Counted from the first letter of the stretch, positions 1-12,872 are shown. The stretch: DNA of 64,000 nucleotides from Mobula hypostoma (GCF_963921235.1 NC_086108.1:51338001-51402000), one strand, 5' to 3'. Numbers and translations are program-made. Notes: generated by a model not told the origin, from the letters alone.

Positions 1-392
1 AGTTGTACCGTGGAGAGCATTCTGACAGGTTGCATTACTGTCTGGCATGGAGGGGCTACGTCACAGGACTGAAAGAAGCTGCAGGAGGTTGTAAATCAAG
101 TCAGCTCCATCTTGGGTACTAGCCTACAAAGTGCCCAGGACATCTTTAGGGAGCGGCGTCTCAGAAACGGAGTGTCCATTATTAAGGACCTCCAGCACCC
201 AGGGCATGCCCTTTTCTCACTCTTACCATCAGGTAGGAGGGACAGAAGCCTAAAGGCACATACTCAGCGATTCAGGAACAGCTTCTTCCCCTCGGCCATG
301 CGATTCCTAAATGAACATTGAAGCTTTGGACACTACCTCATTTCTTTAATATACAGCATTTCTGTTTTTGCACATTATTTGATAATCTATTC
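1..392 (+). mobile_element. Rex/Babar-type LINE, 3' end of RT ORF plus 3' UTR (runs off window start)
   Basis: Translates to ...SIIKDLQHPGHALFSLLPSGRR...RFRNSFFPSAMRFLN, the typical Rex/Babar C-terminus; closely similar to 60560-60960. Confidence 0.85.
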
Positions 393-1100
393 AAAACCTC
401 CTCCCAGTGGCTGAAGAACTGCCCCCTAAATTGCCGCGTGGATTCTGAGCATTCAGAGGCCCAATGGGTATGATCTTTGCCACACAACAACTCCATGAAA
501 AATAATAGGAGCAGCACTAAAGACAACAGCTTGGCCTTCACTGGACTCATTCAAACTTTGATTCTTTCAATTGAAAGGTGTAAAGGAGCTCTCTTCTCAA
601 ACTTGGCTGCCTGCAGAAATTCATCTTCACTTTCTGTCTGCAAATTGTTATCTTAACCAACGGATTCACAACTGAGAAAACCTCAGTGCAGGCTAGTGTC
701 ATTGTTCTAAGATCTTTCTCAATGCTTCTTGTTATGGTGATACGCTTCATCTACAAGTGTCACACTCCAGGACAAATGGGTTAGTGCCCAATAGTTTCCA
801 CTCCACAACTAAGATTATTCCAATTTCAGTCGGTGAGTTGCAGTATCCAGATGATGCTTGCATCTGTCAACATTTAGAGACTGAGCTCCAAGTCACTTAG
901 CATCTGCAAAACAAAGGCCTTCTACCATCCTGCCCCATTGTATTACACTGCAATTCAACAGAAAACCCTGGAAAATATGGAAAATTCAAGGCAGATATTG
1001 ATGATATAACTTCCTATCACCTTCAGAGTGCCAGTATATCCTTTCATTGTCTAAGGAAATGGAACAAAGACATCAACCCCAAAGCAAATTCATACTTAAC
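393..1100 (+). mobile_element. Decayed RTE-clade LINE, RT fragment
   Basis: Starts with NLLPVAEELP..GF..RGPMGMIFATQQLHEK, resembling the RTE motif LPESQCGFR..RGT.DMIF..RQLQEK; many stops; right boundary approximate. Confidence 0.65.
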
Positions 1101-1139
1101 AGACAGCAGAGTTCCCTGTCCTCCTGAATGGTTCTAACC

Positions 1140-1810
1140 ACAGAATGGAAAAGGGCATAGAAGCTGAATAAGAAAGTATGGTGGGGGGGGGAGGGGGAGG
1201 ACTACAGCTAGCAAGCTAGGTGAGACCAGGTAACCGGTAAGGTGGGTGGGTTGGGGACGGGTGGATGAGGTAAGAAGCTAGGAGGAGCTATGTGGAAGAG
1301 GTAAAGGGCGGAAGAAGAAAGAATCCAATAGAGGAGGCCAGTAAAGCATGGAAGAAAGGGAAGGAGGAGGGAAACCAGAGGGAGGTATATTTGTTTTGTT
1401 TTACTTGGTTTGCAAAATTTAAAAGTTTGTAGTAAATTGAACTAAAGTTTCAATCATTGTAGATACTGGTTTTGCCATGTTTTCAATTAACTGGGAACTA
1501 AGCCAGTCATTCTATGTAAACGAATGATTGACTTGCACTTCTTCCAGTCAAGTCTACTGTATTTGGTGTCTTCTATATTGGAGAAACCAAATACTAATTA
1601 GATGACCGCTTTGAGGATTTTCTCCAGCGGCAATTCAGAGCTTTCTACTGGCTGACATTTTAATTCTCCAACCACCTCACACTCTGACCCATCTGCCAAC
1701 GGCCTTTGGAACTGCTTTTAAGAATTCCAGTGTAGACTGAGGAACAGCATATCATCGTTCATCTTCTGGCCGTTTACTACTAAATTCTGCAAATTTGGGT
1801 AACTTACTTT
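1140..1810. mobile_element. Decayed Penelope-like element fragments (purine-rich terminal part on minus, GIY-YIG part on plus)
   Basis: 1545-1810 reads VYCIWCLLYIGETK..L.DRF and resembles the Penelope copies at 23011 and 50128; 1140-1390 resembles the reverse complement of their pyrimidine-rich 3' part. Confidence 0.55.
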
Positions 1811-1869
1811 CTCTGTATGACCAGAACTGGTAATTGTTTCCGAAAGTTGTCCACCTATGGTGTTGAGTT

Positions 1870-2185
1870 GTGGAGTCATACAATAATGAATCATGTCAAC
1901 AGGTCCTTCAGCCCATGGCATCTATGTCAACCATGATCATAGTGCCATTCAGCAATACAGCATGGATACAGGCCCTTTGGCCCATCTAGTCCCAATTTCC
2001 TGTGTTTGGTTCATATCCCTCTAAGTCCCTCCTCTCCAAGTATATACCCAAGTACATCTTAAATGATGCCATTCTGCTTGCTTCAACTGCTTCCTCTAGC
2101 AGCTCATTCCATGTACCCACCTTCCTCTGCATGAAAAAGCTATCTCTCAGATCCCTTTCAAATCTTTCCCCTCTCACCCTAATCC
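1870..2185 (-). mobile_element. CR1 LINE 3' end fragments
   Basis: ORF 1986-2177 (MRGERFERDLRDSFFMQRKVGTWNELLEEAVEA) is the CR1 ORF2 C-terminus. Confidence 0.75.
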
Positions 2186-2189
2186 TGGA

Positions 2190-3375
2190 TCCTAGATGTC
2201 AAGCCTCCCACTTGCCAATCATCCCTTTACTACCAAATAGCCTAACTGATTTGATCTCTGTAAGATCCCACCTAATACCTCCAAGATTATCCCTGCTCCA
2301 CTTTAGGACCTTAATCAGAGGATCAGGCTTACCTTTTGTCATAACTATTTTAAAGCTAATAGAATTATAGTAACTTGACCCAAAATGCATCTCTACTGAC
2401 ACTACAGTCACTTGCCCTAACTCATTCCCTCAGAAGAGGTCGAGTGTTGCTATTCTCCCTAGTAGGGCCCTCAAAGTGTCAGTTAAAGGAAATATTCTTG
2501 GACACATTTAACAAATTCCATTCTGTCCAAGCCCCTTGCAGTATGGATGACCCAGTTAATATAAGAGAAGTTAACATATCCCACTAAAACTACACTGTTA
2601 TTCTTACAACAATATTGAGTCTCTCTACACATCTGCTCCTCTAGTTCCTGCTGACTATTCTGGGCTTATAATACAGCCCAATCAAAGTGACCATCTGCTT
2701 GTTGTTTCTAAGTTCTATGCATATGGTGTCAAAACCCCAGGATATCTTCTCTAAGCCCTGTTGTTATGTATGTTCTCTTTAAAAAGGCAACCCCATCTCT
2801 TCACGGGTAAAGCCCTCCCAACCATTGAGCACACCTACATGAAGCACTGTTGTAGAAAAACAACATCCATCATCAAAGATCTTCACCACCCAGACCATGC
2901 TCTTTCCTTGCTGCTGCCATCAGGTAGAAGGTACAGATGCCTCAGGACTCACACCACCAGGTTCAAGAACAGTTACTACCTCTCAACTGTCAGACTCTTG
3001 AACAAAAGAGGATAAGTACACTTGTCTATTGAGATGATCCCACGACCAATCATCTCACTTTAAGGAATCTCTTTCTTGTTATTTCATGCTCTAGTTATTT
3101 GTTGCTATTTATTTATATTTGCATTTGCACAGTTTGTTGTCTTCTATGTTCTTGCTCTTTCATTGATCCTGTTTACAGTTACTGTTCTATAGATTTGCTG
3201 AGTATGGCTGCAGGAAAAAGAATATCAGGGTTGTATATGGTGACACGTATGTATGCTGATAATAAATTTTACTTTGTACTTCGTTCTGTGATCTATATCT
3301 CTGTCATACCTGTAGTTTGATGTCCTAGGACACTGAGCTGCCGGTCTTCACCTTCACTCAGCTATGCTTCTGTTA
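2190..3375 (-). mobile_element. Decayed CR1 ORF2 endonuclease region, interrupted at about 2795-3278
   Basis: HFGSSYYNSISFKIVM (consensus HFG.SDHNSISFKIVM) in ORF 2199-2411; the EDWQLNVPG-like segment resumes at about 3290-3375. Confidence 0.65.
2795..3278 (+). mobile_element. Rex/Babar-type LINE 3' end inserted into CR1
   Basis: SIIKDLHHPDHALSLLLPSGRRYRCLRTHTTRFKNSYY, followed by 3' UTR ending gataataaattttactttgtactt. Confidence 0.8.
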
Positions 3376-3526
3376 TAAGACCATAAGCTATAGGAGCTGA
3401 AATAGGCCATTTGGCCCATCGAGTCTCCACTGTCGTTCAATCATGGCTGATCCTTTTTTCCCCTCCTCAGCCCCACTTCTCAGCCTTCTCCCCATAATCT
3501 TTGATGCCATATCCAATCAAGAACAT
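3376..3526 (-). mobile_element. Short CR1 3' UTR/tail
   Basis: taagaccataag...ggccatttggcccatcgagtc...catggctgatcc; same 3' end type as at 11452 and 43120. Confidence 0.7.
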
Positions 3527-3629
3527 AAGAACTGGCAATAATATCCTCAGAACCAATCAATGTCCAGAGGTCATCTGCTCTACATTTCAATCCTCTGGCA
3601 CCTCAGCTGATCAGTCTTACATCAATGGT

Positions 3630-5253
3630 GAGAAAGTACTGGAAGTCACTCCGGGGGACAGGACCCATTCACGTTTGGAAAGGCTGTGCCGAATGGTTCC
3701 CATTCTCCTGATGCTGGATATGTCTGGAAGAAAATCATAGTGAGAGAATCCCGTTCATCTGAGGACCACCATAGTGCTCCAGGCGGTGGACAACAGTGGA
3801 CAAGAGCTAGAGTTTGGTAGTTGAGGCCTGATGGTTAAAGTTCTGGTGAGGCTGCAGTCAGAAGCCCAGCGACTGCATTAGAGACCCAGAGGTGGTATAT
3901 CCTGAGGTTGTGAGTCTCTAGTTGGAGGCCCTGCAAGTGCATTGGAGACTGGAGATTGGAGACCAAGAAGTGGTTTATCCTGGGTAGGTGAGGCTGCAGT
4001 CGGAGGCCCTACGAGTGCATTGGGGACTGGAGAATGGAGACCTAGGGGTAGCATGTCCTGGGTTGGTAAGCCTGCCGTTGGAGGCCCTGCGAGCGCATTG
4101 GAGACTGGAGATGGAGACCTTGAGGTGGTGAAGTCAACTGAGGTTGCAGAGACCTGGGTCCCCAACTCAGTAGTGAACCGGATGACCAGGCGAAGAAAGG
4201 GTTGTGAGTGGAGAGCCAAGGCTAACCCAAGATGGGAGGAGTGTGGGGTGAATCAATAAGGAGGACTTGGATAGACTTGTGGTTCTCAAGTGCATATACT
4301 GTGTGTGCACTCTGACCGACCTCCCAGACCCCAAGGGACGTCTGTTGTTGGCCGTGATGCTGAAGGGATGAGAAATAGGCTCAGCAAGGAGCCCCAGCTG
4401 CACACACAGAGTCCAGTCCAGGAAGTTGCATGCTGTGCCAGAATCCACCAGAGCTCCCTGTGGGCGTAGAGCCATTGGGGTGTGGAGGAGGACAGAGAGA
4501 GTGAGTTGGGCTATTCTGCTGGAATGAGAGGCTGAGGAGAGCTTACCAGATAGAAAGCCCCTTGTTTCCACCTGGTGGTGCCATTTCCAGGTCAGAGCTC
4601 GCCCTGTCAACAGAGAGATGACAAGGGCAATGTTGGCTTGGTCTGTTGAAGATAGAGATGGCTGGAGCTCAAAAAGTAAGATGCACTGGAACAGGACGTT
4701 GTGACTTTGGGTTGTGGATCCGTTGAAATGTTCAGGCACCAGAATCTGGGCTCTGAGGGAGGGGGTTGACTGGTGCAGGGTAGCTGTAGCAAGACAGAGA
4801 GTTGATTGAGAGTGGTGAACAATTGGTCAATAGTTTCCTGCTGCTTTTGGACAGTGTACTCTTGTCAGCAGATGACCTCCTTTATGCAAGCAAACTCTGA
4901 TGGGTCAGTTATTGGTTGATCCATTCTTGTCAGGAAATGTGGAGGAGGCTTGATACAAAAGCAAAGCAGCAGAGACAAATCAATGATGAATGGTAACTTT
5001 AATAATAGACTCCAAAATAACAAGCCATGTGGGGTCACAAAACAACAGAGAACAGATACTAAACACCATAAGCAACAAGGTACCTGAAGGCTAGGAGCAA
5101 CTGGTTGAGGCTGGTTGGTTTGATGGGTGAACAAGGACTGTGAATGACAGCTGGGTTTAAATAGGCTGCAGGTGATGAGTTAGAAACAAGTGGCATGTGA
5201 CCCCTGTTATCAGGGTTGAGACTGGGAGGTGCATGCCTCTTGGAGGTCTGATA
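3630..5253 (-). mobile_element. Decayed Ty3/gypsy (sushi-like) LTR retrotransposon: 5' LTR (about 4928-5253), gag, protease
   Basis: ORF 4167-4739 has gag-like PEHFNGS..LFQCILLFELQPS..IALVISLLTGRALTW and aspartic protease ALVDSGTACNFLD; the LTR-like segment ends ...CCTGACA on minus just before an MDP-like gag start. Confidence 0.8.
3850..4130. repeat. 78-bp minisatellite, about 3.5 diverged units
   Basis: GGAGGCCCT recurs at 3924, 4002 and 4080 (exact 78-bp period); gives a 26-aa repeat SPVSNALAGPPT... in ORF 3878-4219. Confidence 0.9.
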
Positions 5254-6250
5254 AATGTGGTTAGCCAGGAGTTACAAATATGTGCATGCCCCACAGGTGT
5301 GGTTGCCAGGGACACCGGAAGTCTCCCTGATTTCCCACATGTTTTTTCAAAATGGCACCATGCTGCAGTCTAAGATCATGGCTCAGAGGTGTTTTTTTAA
5401 AGTTTGTAGTGATGTTTTGGGGACAGGAGATAGAGGCCAGTTTAGGATTTAGGGACAGGGATATGATGGAGTTTGAATTCAGGCCTCCGGCTCTGCTCTC
5501 CATGTTCCATGTTCAAAGTGCAGTGACGTGTTTGGATGACAAAGTACATCGACAGCCCAGGCCTCCGCTCCGTGTCCAAAGGCCAGCAATCAGGAGTCTG
5601 TGTGAGCAGGAGGTGTGACCAGAGTTCGAGCTTGGAGTTTGGAATCGCATCATCAGTTAGTCCACATGTTGATACCAAAGACTGGAGGCCGAAGCGTGAT
5701 CATTAGTCCAGAAGATGAAGCCTGTAGATTGGAGGCTGGAGGCCTCACTGTCTGATTTGTGAGTAGATCAGAGGGAGGAATGGGGCTTGATTTGCTGTTG
5801 TTGCTTGTTGTGTCCGTGTTGTGCTGCTGAGCATTGTGGTATGCTATGTTGGCGTCAGAATGTGCGGTGACACTTGTGGGCTGCTCCAGCACACCGCTAG
5901 TTAACACAAATGATGTATCTTGCTGTGTATTTTGATGTACATGTAATAAGTAAATCTGAACCTTAATCCTGCAGGAGGAACATATCACTAGCCTAATTGT
6001 GACCTTAACTGTGCTATATGAAGAATTAATCTAAAGAGACTTTACTGTTCCTTACCTGTACCCTTGGTTAGTCTCTTCTCACTGAAGCTTCATAAGCAAA
6101 AGCCTTAGCACTTACCACTTCAACATTGGCCACTGTCACAGTGGCTACTCTGCTCTACCTTACATTCTTTTTATTTGCTGATACACCTCATCACTTTTCA
6201 GTGCTCACTCCAAGGTCAGCTCCCAATACCTGCCAAGCCAAAAAATTGAC
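5254..6250 (-). mobile_element. CR1 5' UTR and ORF1 zinc-finger start, split by an insertion
   Basis: Minus strand reads VICSSCR (5968-5990), then MWEIRETSGVPGNHTCGACTYL*LLANHI (5255-5340); matches the CxxC-MWE motif of the ORF1 at 24709. Confidence 0.75.
5341..5967 (+). mobile_element. Non-autonomous retroposon (SINE-like, LINE-type tail)
   Basis: Cleanly interrupts CR1 ORF1; begins with a CAAAATGGC (YY1-like) motif and ends with tgtattttgatgtacatgtaataagtaaatctgaac; no coding similarity seen. Confidence 0.6.
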
Positions 6251-7402
6251 TCTTGGGCTTGGCCTGCCTCAGCATTTTCAATCCTTGCTCTGCTTTCCTT
6301 GTTTCATTCTTCATATTTTTAGTTGGGCTTTTGCACTAATGTCTTGTTTTTTTTTTACAGTCTGTTCCTTCATTGTCTTGATGTGTGTTCTCTGAATCTG
6401 AATGCTGCAAGCAAGATTTTCATTGCAACTGTACCTCACCGTAGTTGATATGACTCAAGATGAGAGCTTTGAGATAGGAGTGGTGGCAGGCTCCACTACC
6501 AGATGTGTTGAAAGTATCTGGATGCAGAACAGAACTATACCAAAACAACTGAAAGGAATGTCGCTGGAACTGGATAAGACAAAGTGCTGCTCAATTCTAG
6601 AACTACTCAACAATGAAGGATGAGGCTTCATTTTTCTGATAGATAGTAAAAATACTGAATGAAATCACTTATGAGGTCAAAGCAGAAAAAGACATGATGA
6701 CAGCTATTATATGCTCCATCAGTGGGACCTGTATCTTCAGCCAAATACAAAGTGTCCTTGGTAATGAAGAGAACAACCAAATTCCACCCTTCATACATTA
6801 TAGTTTGGTCAACAGATTTTGTATCTTGTGGGTATCAATGATGCAAGGATAGTAAAACAACATGACCTGTTCTAAATAAAAAAGGGAGATGGGATTCAAT
6901 GGAAGTTTTGGAGGTATCACAGTACTATAGCTGCCTCAGCTGGAAAAGAATAAAGGTCAAGATGTTTATATGAACTTTTAGATCCAGACATCACATCATG
7001 TAACGTATCAGCAACAATTCCTATCTTGGGACAACTTACATTGTATGCTGTACTAATGTCTGCTATTTTGACTTTAGAGACCCAGGTGATTCACCCTGGG
7101 AGAAAGTCTCCACATCATAGATCCTTTGAGGCAAGTATGCTGTAGTGAGGGAAGCAGCTAAATTCTTGTGTCCTCTAATCCCAAGATAGTTCTGGCCCTG
7201 TGGCATGAATGGAAGGCAAATAGAGGGGCATTATGAAGATCTGCTCTTGCATGGCTCCTAATGGTCAGATATGGGAGCAATAATGTGAGACAGTTCACTT
7301 TGAGATATTATGCATGAAAAAAAGGGAAGCCTTACATGAGGCAAAATAATAATTAACATTTAGAATGATCTTGTCAGAAGGGTTTAAAATAAGGAAGCCA
7401 AA

Positions 7403-8043
7403 ATAGAATTCCAATTAATCGTAACACATCAAGACCAGTACATTTTACCCCAATTAGCTGAAGTTTCGTGGAAAGGTAAAAAGGTATAAAAAAGACAAAC
7501 TACCGTTTAACTGAGTAACACGTTTTGCAGACACCTAGTGCGAATAGTGGACTGCCTCCATACAATGCTAGCAACAACTGCATCCTCCAAATCTTCATTT
7601 TCATTGTAACATTCAAGAAGATTGACAATACCTTCAAATTCTTCGTAGTTTCTAACTTGTTAAAGTAGTAAAATTGTTCCATTTTCACTCCTGCCTGTTT
7701 CTGGTATCTCCAAGCTGCAGTGAACAAAACAGTTTGGAATTGTCATACTGCTTATTTCTTGATAGCTATCAGTGACACAAATCAGTGCTTTTTGAATGCA
7801 AATACATTGATGCTATTTAAAAACTGTTTGCTCAAAGCATGCTGTAGCATCTAATGGCCACACAAGTGCATGCAACTGACACTAGTGAGAACTAATTCAG
7901 CAAATCTCATGTCCCAATTAAGCAGCATAGTGTCCAAATAAATGAAGGGAATCCTGACTATTTTCTCAATTAGTTGTAGTTCTTTAAGAATTACCTCAAA
8001 TAGCCCCGATTAACCGATGGCACAATTAACTGGTATTCACTGT
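7403..8043. mobile_element. Non-autonomous Tigger/pogo-like (Tc1/mariner) DNA transposon
   Basis: Degenerate inverted ends (tagaattccaattaat... / ...aattaactggtattcactgta, ending in TA); internal minus-strand acidic transposase-tail-like remnant NYEEFEGIVNLLECYNENEDLEDA. Confidence 0.55.
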
Positions 8044-8895
8044 ATTGATTTTGCACAAACAACTCAAACTTGGATGTCAGAATCAGATCATAATCAGGTT
8101 TAATATCACAAGCATACATTGTGAAATCTGTAATTTTGTGGCACCCGTACATTGCAATACATAGTAATAAAAACTATAAATTACAATAAGAAGCTTATAT
8201 GTAAAATGTATACATCACCATCATTTTACACATGGAGTGCAAAAAGTCAGAGAATACTTTTAACAAGTAAATTTGAAGTACACACAAAGACAAGCAGATG
8301 TGGTATAGGATTACCAGATGCTCTGTCCTGTTTATTCCACTAATAATAACTTTAACTGTGAGACGCAGCTGCATACGTTTTCATTCTGTCACATAAGATA
8401 TATTTCATTAGTTATGAAGTAAATGATAAAACTTAGATACGTTCCATAATGGATACTGACATAAAATTTGTCAATCTACAGTATAATGCAGATTTTCATC
8501 TTTGATCATCATAAATCAGTTATCTTAAATATGTTAACTGTTCACTAAATCACTTCCGAACTCTATCAAGCATGATCCTGCAGAAGACTCAGTTCAGAGA
8601 AAATATTACAATTTTATCCTAATGCAAAGAGACGCAAACAAGATTTACGTCAGCCCTGTCCCGTCAAAAAATTACAAATGACATTGGCCTGATTAAAAGT
8701 AGACAATGGAGCTAATAATTATTAGTCCTGTAAATGAAAGTTAATAAAACAGATGATGATATTCCAAAACAAAAAAAACAAAAAAATGCAATGATCATGC
8801 AGCGGATCAGGCATCATCTGTGGAAATGGCAACAGATTTATTGTTTCACTTTCGATGCAGGGTCTTTGAACTGAAACCTAAACCCTGTTTCTCTT

Positions 8896-10870
8896 TTCAA
8901 AGTTCAAAGTTCAAAATAAATTTATTATTAAAGTACGTATATGTCACTATATACAACCCTGAGACTAATTTTCTTCCGGGCTTCCAGAGTAAACACAGGA
9001 AACACAACAGAACCAATGAAAGACTGCACCCCAGGGGAGCAGGCACTCTGTCTGGCTGAAGCTGAGGTGAGGAAGACCCCGGCCAAACTCAACCCACACA
9101 AGGCTGCGGGGCCCAATAATATACCAGGCCGGGTTCTGAAAGACTGCACACACAGCCCAGCTAACACAGGTGCTGACAGATATATTCAACATCTCTCTCA
9201 AACAATCCACCGTCCACTTGGTTTTCAAGGCAGCAACCATCATTCCAATGCCAAAGAGGGTGACAGTAACCTGCCTAAATGACTATTGTCCGGTGGCATT
9301 AACATCAGCCATTATGAAATGCTTTGAGCAGCTGGTCATGGAGCACATTAAAGCCTTTCTCCCAGCTACACTGGACACTTTCTCATTCACTTATCGCTCA
9401 TATCGATCCACTGACGATGAAGTAGCCTCTGCCCTCCACTCTGTCCTGTCCCACCTGGAAAATGGGGTCTCATATGCCAGACTGCTGTTGATAGACTTCA
9501 TTTCCATCTTCAAGACTATCATGGCCTAGAAGCAAGTGGGGAAACTGTCCTCTCTGGGTCTCAACACCTCCCTCTGCAATTGGATCCTGGGCATCTCAAC
9601 AGAAAGGCCATAGTCCAGTCCATGTGGACAGCAACATCTCTAGTCCTGTTATGCTGAGCACTGGTGTCCCCCAAGGCTGTGTGCTCAGTTGCTGCTGTTC
9701 ACGCTGCTGACGCATGACTGTGTCGCAGGATCCAGCTCAAACCTTGTCATCAAGTCTGCGGATGACACGACAGTGGTTGACCTCATTGACAACGATGACA
9801 AGACAGAGTATAGAGAGGAAGTGGTGGATTGTTGTGAGAAGAACAGCCTAATCCTGAATGTCGAGAAGACAAAGGAAATCATTGTGAACTTCAGGAGGGT
9901 GCAGACAAACTATCCGCCTCTGTGAATGCATGACTCCTCCATAAACATAAAGAGAGTTAAATGCACCAAGTTCCTGGGAGTTCATATCATGGATGACCTC
10001 ACCTGGTTCCTTAGTATCACCTCCCTGAACAAGAGGGCACAGCAGTGCCTCCACTTCCTAAGAAGATTGAGGTCATCAAGGCTCCACGCCCCCCCCGCAC
10101 CTTAACTGAGTTTTTCAGGAGCATCATTGAGAGCGTCCTGACAAGCTGCATCCCCATCTGGTATGGGAGCAGCCGAGCATCGGACCAAAAGTCCCTACAA
10201 GGTACTGCGAGAACAGCTGAGAGGATCATAGGGGTCTCCCTAGCATCCATCGGGGACATTTATCAGAATCACTGCGTACACATGTCCTTTAGTATTATTA
10301 AGGATCCCACCCATCCATCCAGCGTCCTCTTTGACTTTCTACCATCAGGCAGGAGACTCCAATGCAAAAAAACAAGAATGGTCAGGATGAGAAACATTTT
10401 CTTCCCCCAGGCTATTAGGCTTCTGAGCTCCCAGTCGCATTGTATTGAAGTGTCACTGGTTAATCTGTTCTATACCTTACAATATTTAATATCAATGCAC
10501 TTATATTTGTTATTTATGTGTGATTCATCAGTAGATTTTATTTTGACCTTCATAAATTATCGTGCATCGTGTATACTACTGTGATTTACACCCTGATTCG
10601 AAGAAACATTGTCTTGTTTCTATATACACTGTATGGTTATATACGTTATATACATGTACGTAGTTAAATGACAATAAACTTGACTTGACAACAGGATGGA
10701 CAAGCAACCAATGTACAAACGAGAACAAACTGTGTAAATACAAAAAGAAATCATGATGATGATAATAATAAGAAGAATAAATAAGAAATTACTATCGAGA
10801 ACATGAGATGAAGAGATCTTGAAAGCGAGTCTATAGTTTGTGAGTACAGTTCAGTGATGGGGCAAGTGAA
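8896..10870 (-). mobile_element. LINE/SINE 3' tail element (TTTGAAC-type tail) split by a Rex/Babar insertion
   Basis: ttcaaagttcaaagttcaaaataaatttatt tail at 8896; the sequence agactgcacc..|caacaggatggacaa rejoins across 9032-10688. Confidence 0.55.
9032..10688 (+). mobile_element. 5'-truncated Rex/Babar LINE, RT region to 3' tail
   Basis: KAAGPNNIPGRVLKDC, CLNDYCPVALTSAIMKCFE, GVPQGCV, KSADDTTVV, FDFLPSGRR; ends AATAAAC(TTGAC)n; frameshifted. Confidence 0.9.
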
Positions 10871-11451
10871 TACTGTCTGACCTTCTGGATTTGTAATGTG
10901 GCAGATAAATGTTAGCCATTTTGAAAACCAAATGAAAAATTAAATAGCATGTCTTCTGGAGAAAAGAAGTTTGGGAGGGAGGATGTTGCTGCTTTATAAA
11001 ATACTGTTGCATGTGCAAGTTGGAGCTCACATTGAGCCTTATAGGCACTGCTATACTTTGTATCTTTTGGAATGTCAGCTTACTGAACCATACTGGAACC
11101 AATGAACCTGAAGAGCAGAAACTCCTGGATAAGGAAGTCTGGAACTGCCACATTGTGTTGAAAAAAAAATTCTCAAATCATGTCTTAATATTTTAAATCA
11201 GTGATTAAAATTCATTCCACCATTAACCTTCTGCTGATTTCATTATTCTCTGAAAGAAGTACTACAATCCCTGTCACCAGATGCAGATCTAACTTCACTC
11301 CTTGTGGGTCTATTCCCTAAAGGCCTAACGGCTCAAGTCTTTTCCTGTGTTCATTTTATTGATCGACATTGCTTAACATCTACGACAAATGCTTCTTATT
11401 TTCTGCACTAGACAATATTACCCTACTTTTGCAAAAGGATCTCGTACTTTC

Positions 11452-12872
11452 CATAAGACCATAAGACACAAGAGCAGAATTAGGCCCTCTGCCCCATTCA
11501 ATCATGGCTGATCCTTTTTTTTCTCCTCCTTAACCCTCATTCTTGGCCTTCTCCCTGTGACCTTTGATGCCATGTCCAATCAAGAACCTATCAATCTCTG
11601 CCTTAAATACACCCATTGACCTGGCCTCCACAATTGCAAGTGGCAACAAATTCCCCAAATTCTCCACCCTTTGGCGAAAGAAATTTCTCCACATCTCTGT
11701 TTTGAAAGGGCGCCCCTCTATCCTGAGGCTGTGCCCTCTTGTCCTAGACTCTCCCACCATGGGAAATATCCTTTCCACATCTACTCTGTCTAGGACTTTC
11801 AACATCCAAAAGGTTTCAATGAGATCCACCACCATCCGTCCAAATTCCAGCGAGGACAGGCCCAGAACCATCAAACATTCCTTGTATGATAACCTTTTCA
11901 TTCCTGGAACCATCCTTGTGAACTTCCTCTGGACCCTCTCCAATGCCAGCACATCTTTTCTAAGATGAGATGCCCAAAACTTCACAATACTCAAGGTGAG
12001 GCCTCACCAGTGCCTTATAAAGCCTCAGCATCACTTCCCTGATCTTGACCTATTCTAGACCTCTCAAAATGAATGCCAACGTGGTATTTGCCTTCCTCAC
12101 CACCGACTTGGCCTGTGAGTTAACCTTTAGGGTATTTTGCACAAAGACTTTGTATCTCATATTTTTGAATTTTCTGCCTGTTTAGCAAACAGACCACACA
12201 TTTATTTCCACTACCAAAGTGCATTGCCATGCATTTTCCAACATTGTGTTTCATTTGCCTCTTTCTTGCCCATACTCCTAATCTGTCGAAGTTCTTCTGT
12301 ATCCTACCTGTTTCCTCAACACTACCTGCCTCTCCACCAGTCTTTGTATCATCTGCAAACTTGGCAACAAAGCCATCTATTCCATCATCTAAATCATTTA
12401 TATACAGCATAAAAAGAAGTGGTCCCAACACCAACCCCTGCGGAACACCACTAGTCACAGGCACACAACCAGAAAAAGATCCTTTTATTCCTGCTCACTG
12501 TCTCCTACCAATCAGCCAATGCTCTAACCATGTTAGTAACTTTCCTGTAATACCAGGGGCTCTTAACTTGGTAAGTAGCCTCGTGTGTGGCACCTTGTCA
12601 AAGGCCTTCTGAAAGTCGAAATATACAACATCCACTACATCCCCTTTATCGATCCTACTTGTAATCTCCTCAAATAATTCCAACAGGTTCGTCAGGCAAG
12701 ATTTTCCCCGAAGGAAACCATGCTGATTTCGTCCTATCTTGTCTGGTGTCACCAAGTACTACATCACCTCATCCTTAACAATTGACTCTAACATCTTCCC
12801 AACCACGGAGGTCAGGCTAACTGGTCTATAAATTCCCTTCTGCTGCCTTCTTCCTTTCTTAGAGAGTGGCGT
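11452..12872 (-). mobile_element. 5'-truncated CR1 LINE
   Basis: QHGFLRGKSCLTNLLE, DFQKAFDKVPH, SGVPQGLVLGP, KFADDTK and the CR1 C-terminus; tail ccataagaccataagac. Confidence 0.92.

Noticed and set aside
3850..4130. CRISPR-like repeat-spacer array
   Set aside because: Whole 78-bp units are homologous, there are no unique spacers or cas genes, and the context is eukaryotic
4167..4739. PEG10/RTL-like domesticated gag gene
   Set aside because: The gag is internally deleted and frameshifted and remains attached to an LTR-like segment; a decayed retrotransposon explains it
7500..7727. Minus ORF with apparent splice acceptor (ctgcag) as a host exon
   Set aside because: It lies within the Tigger-like element; another frame gives a transposase-tail-like remnant
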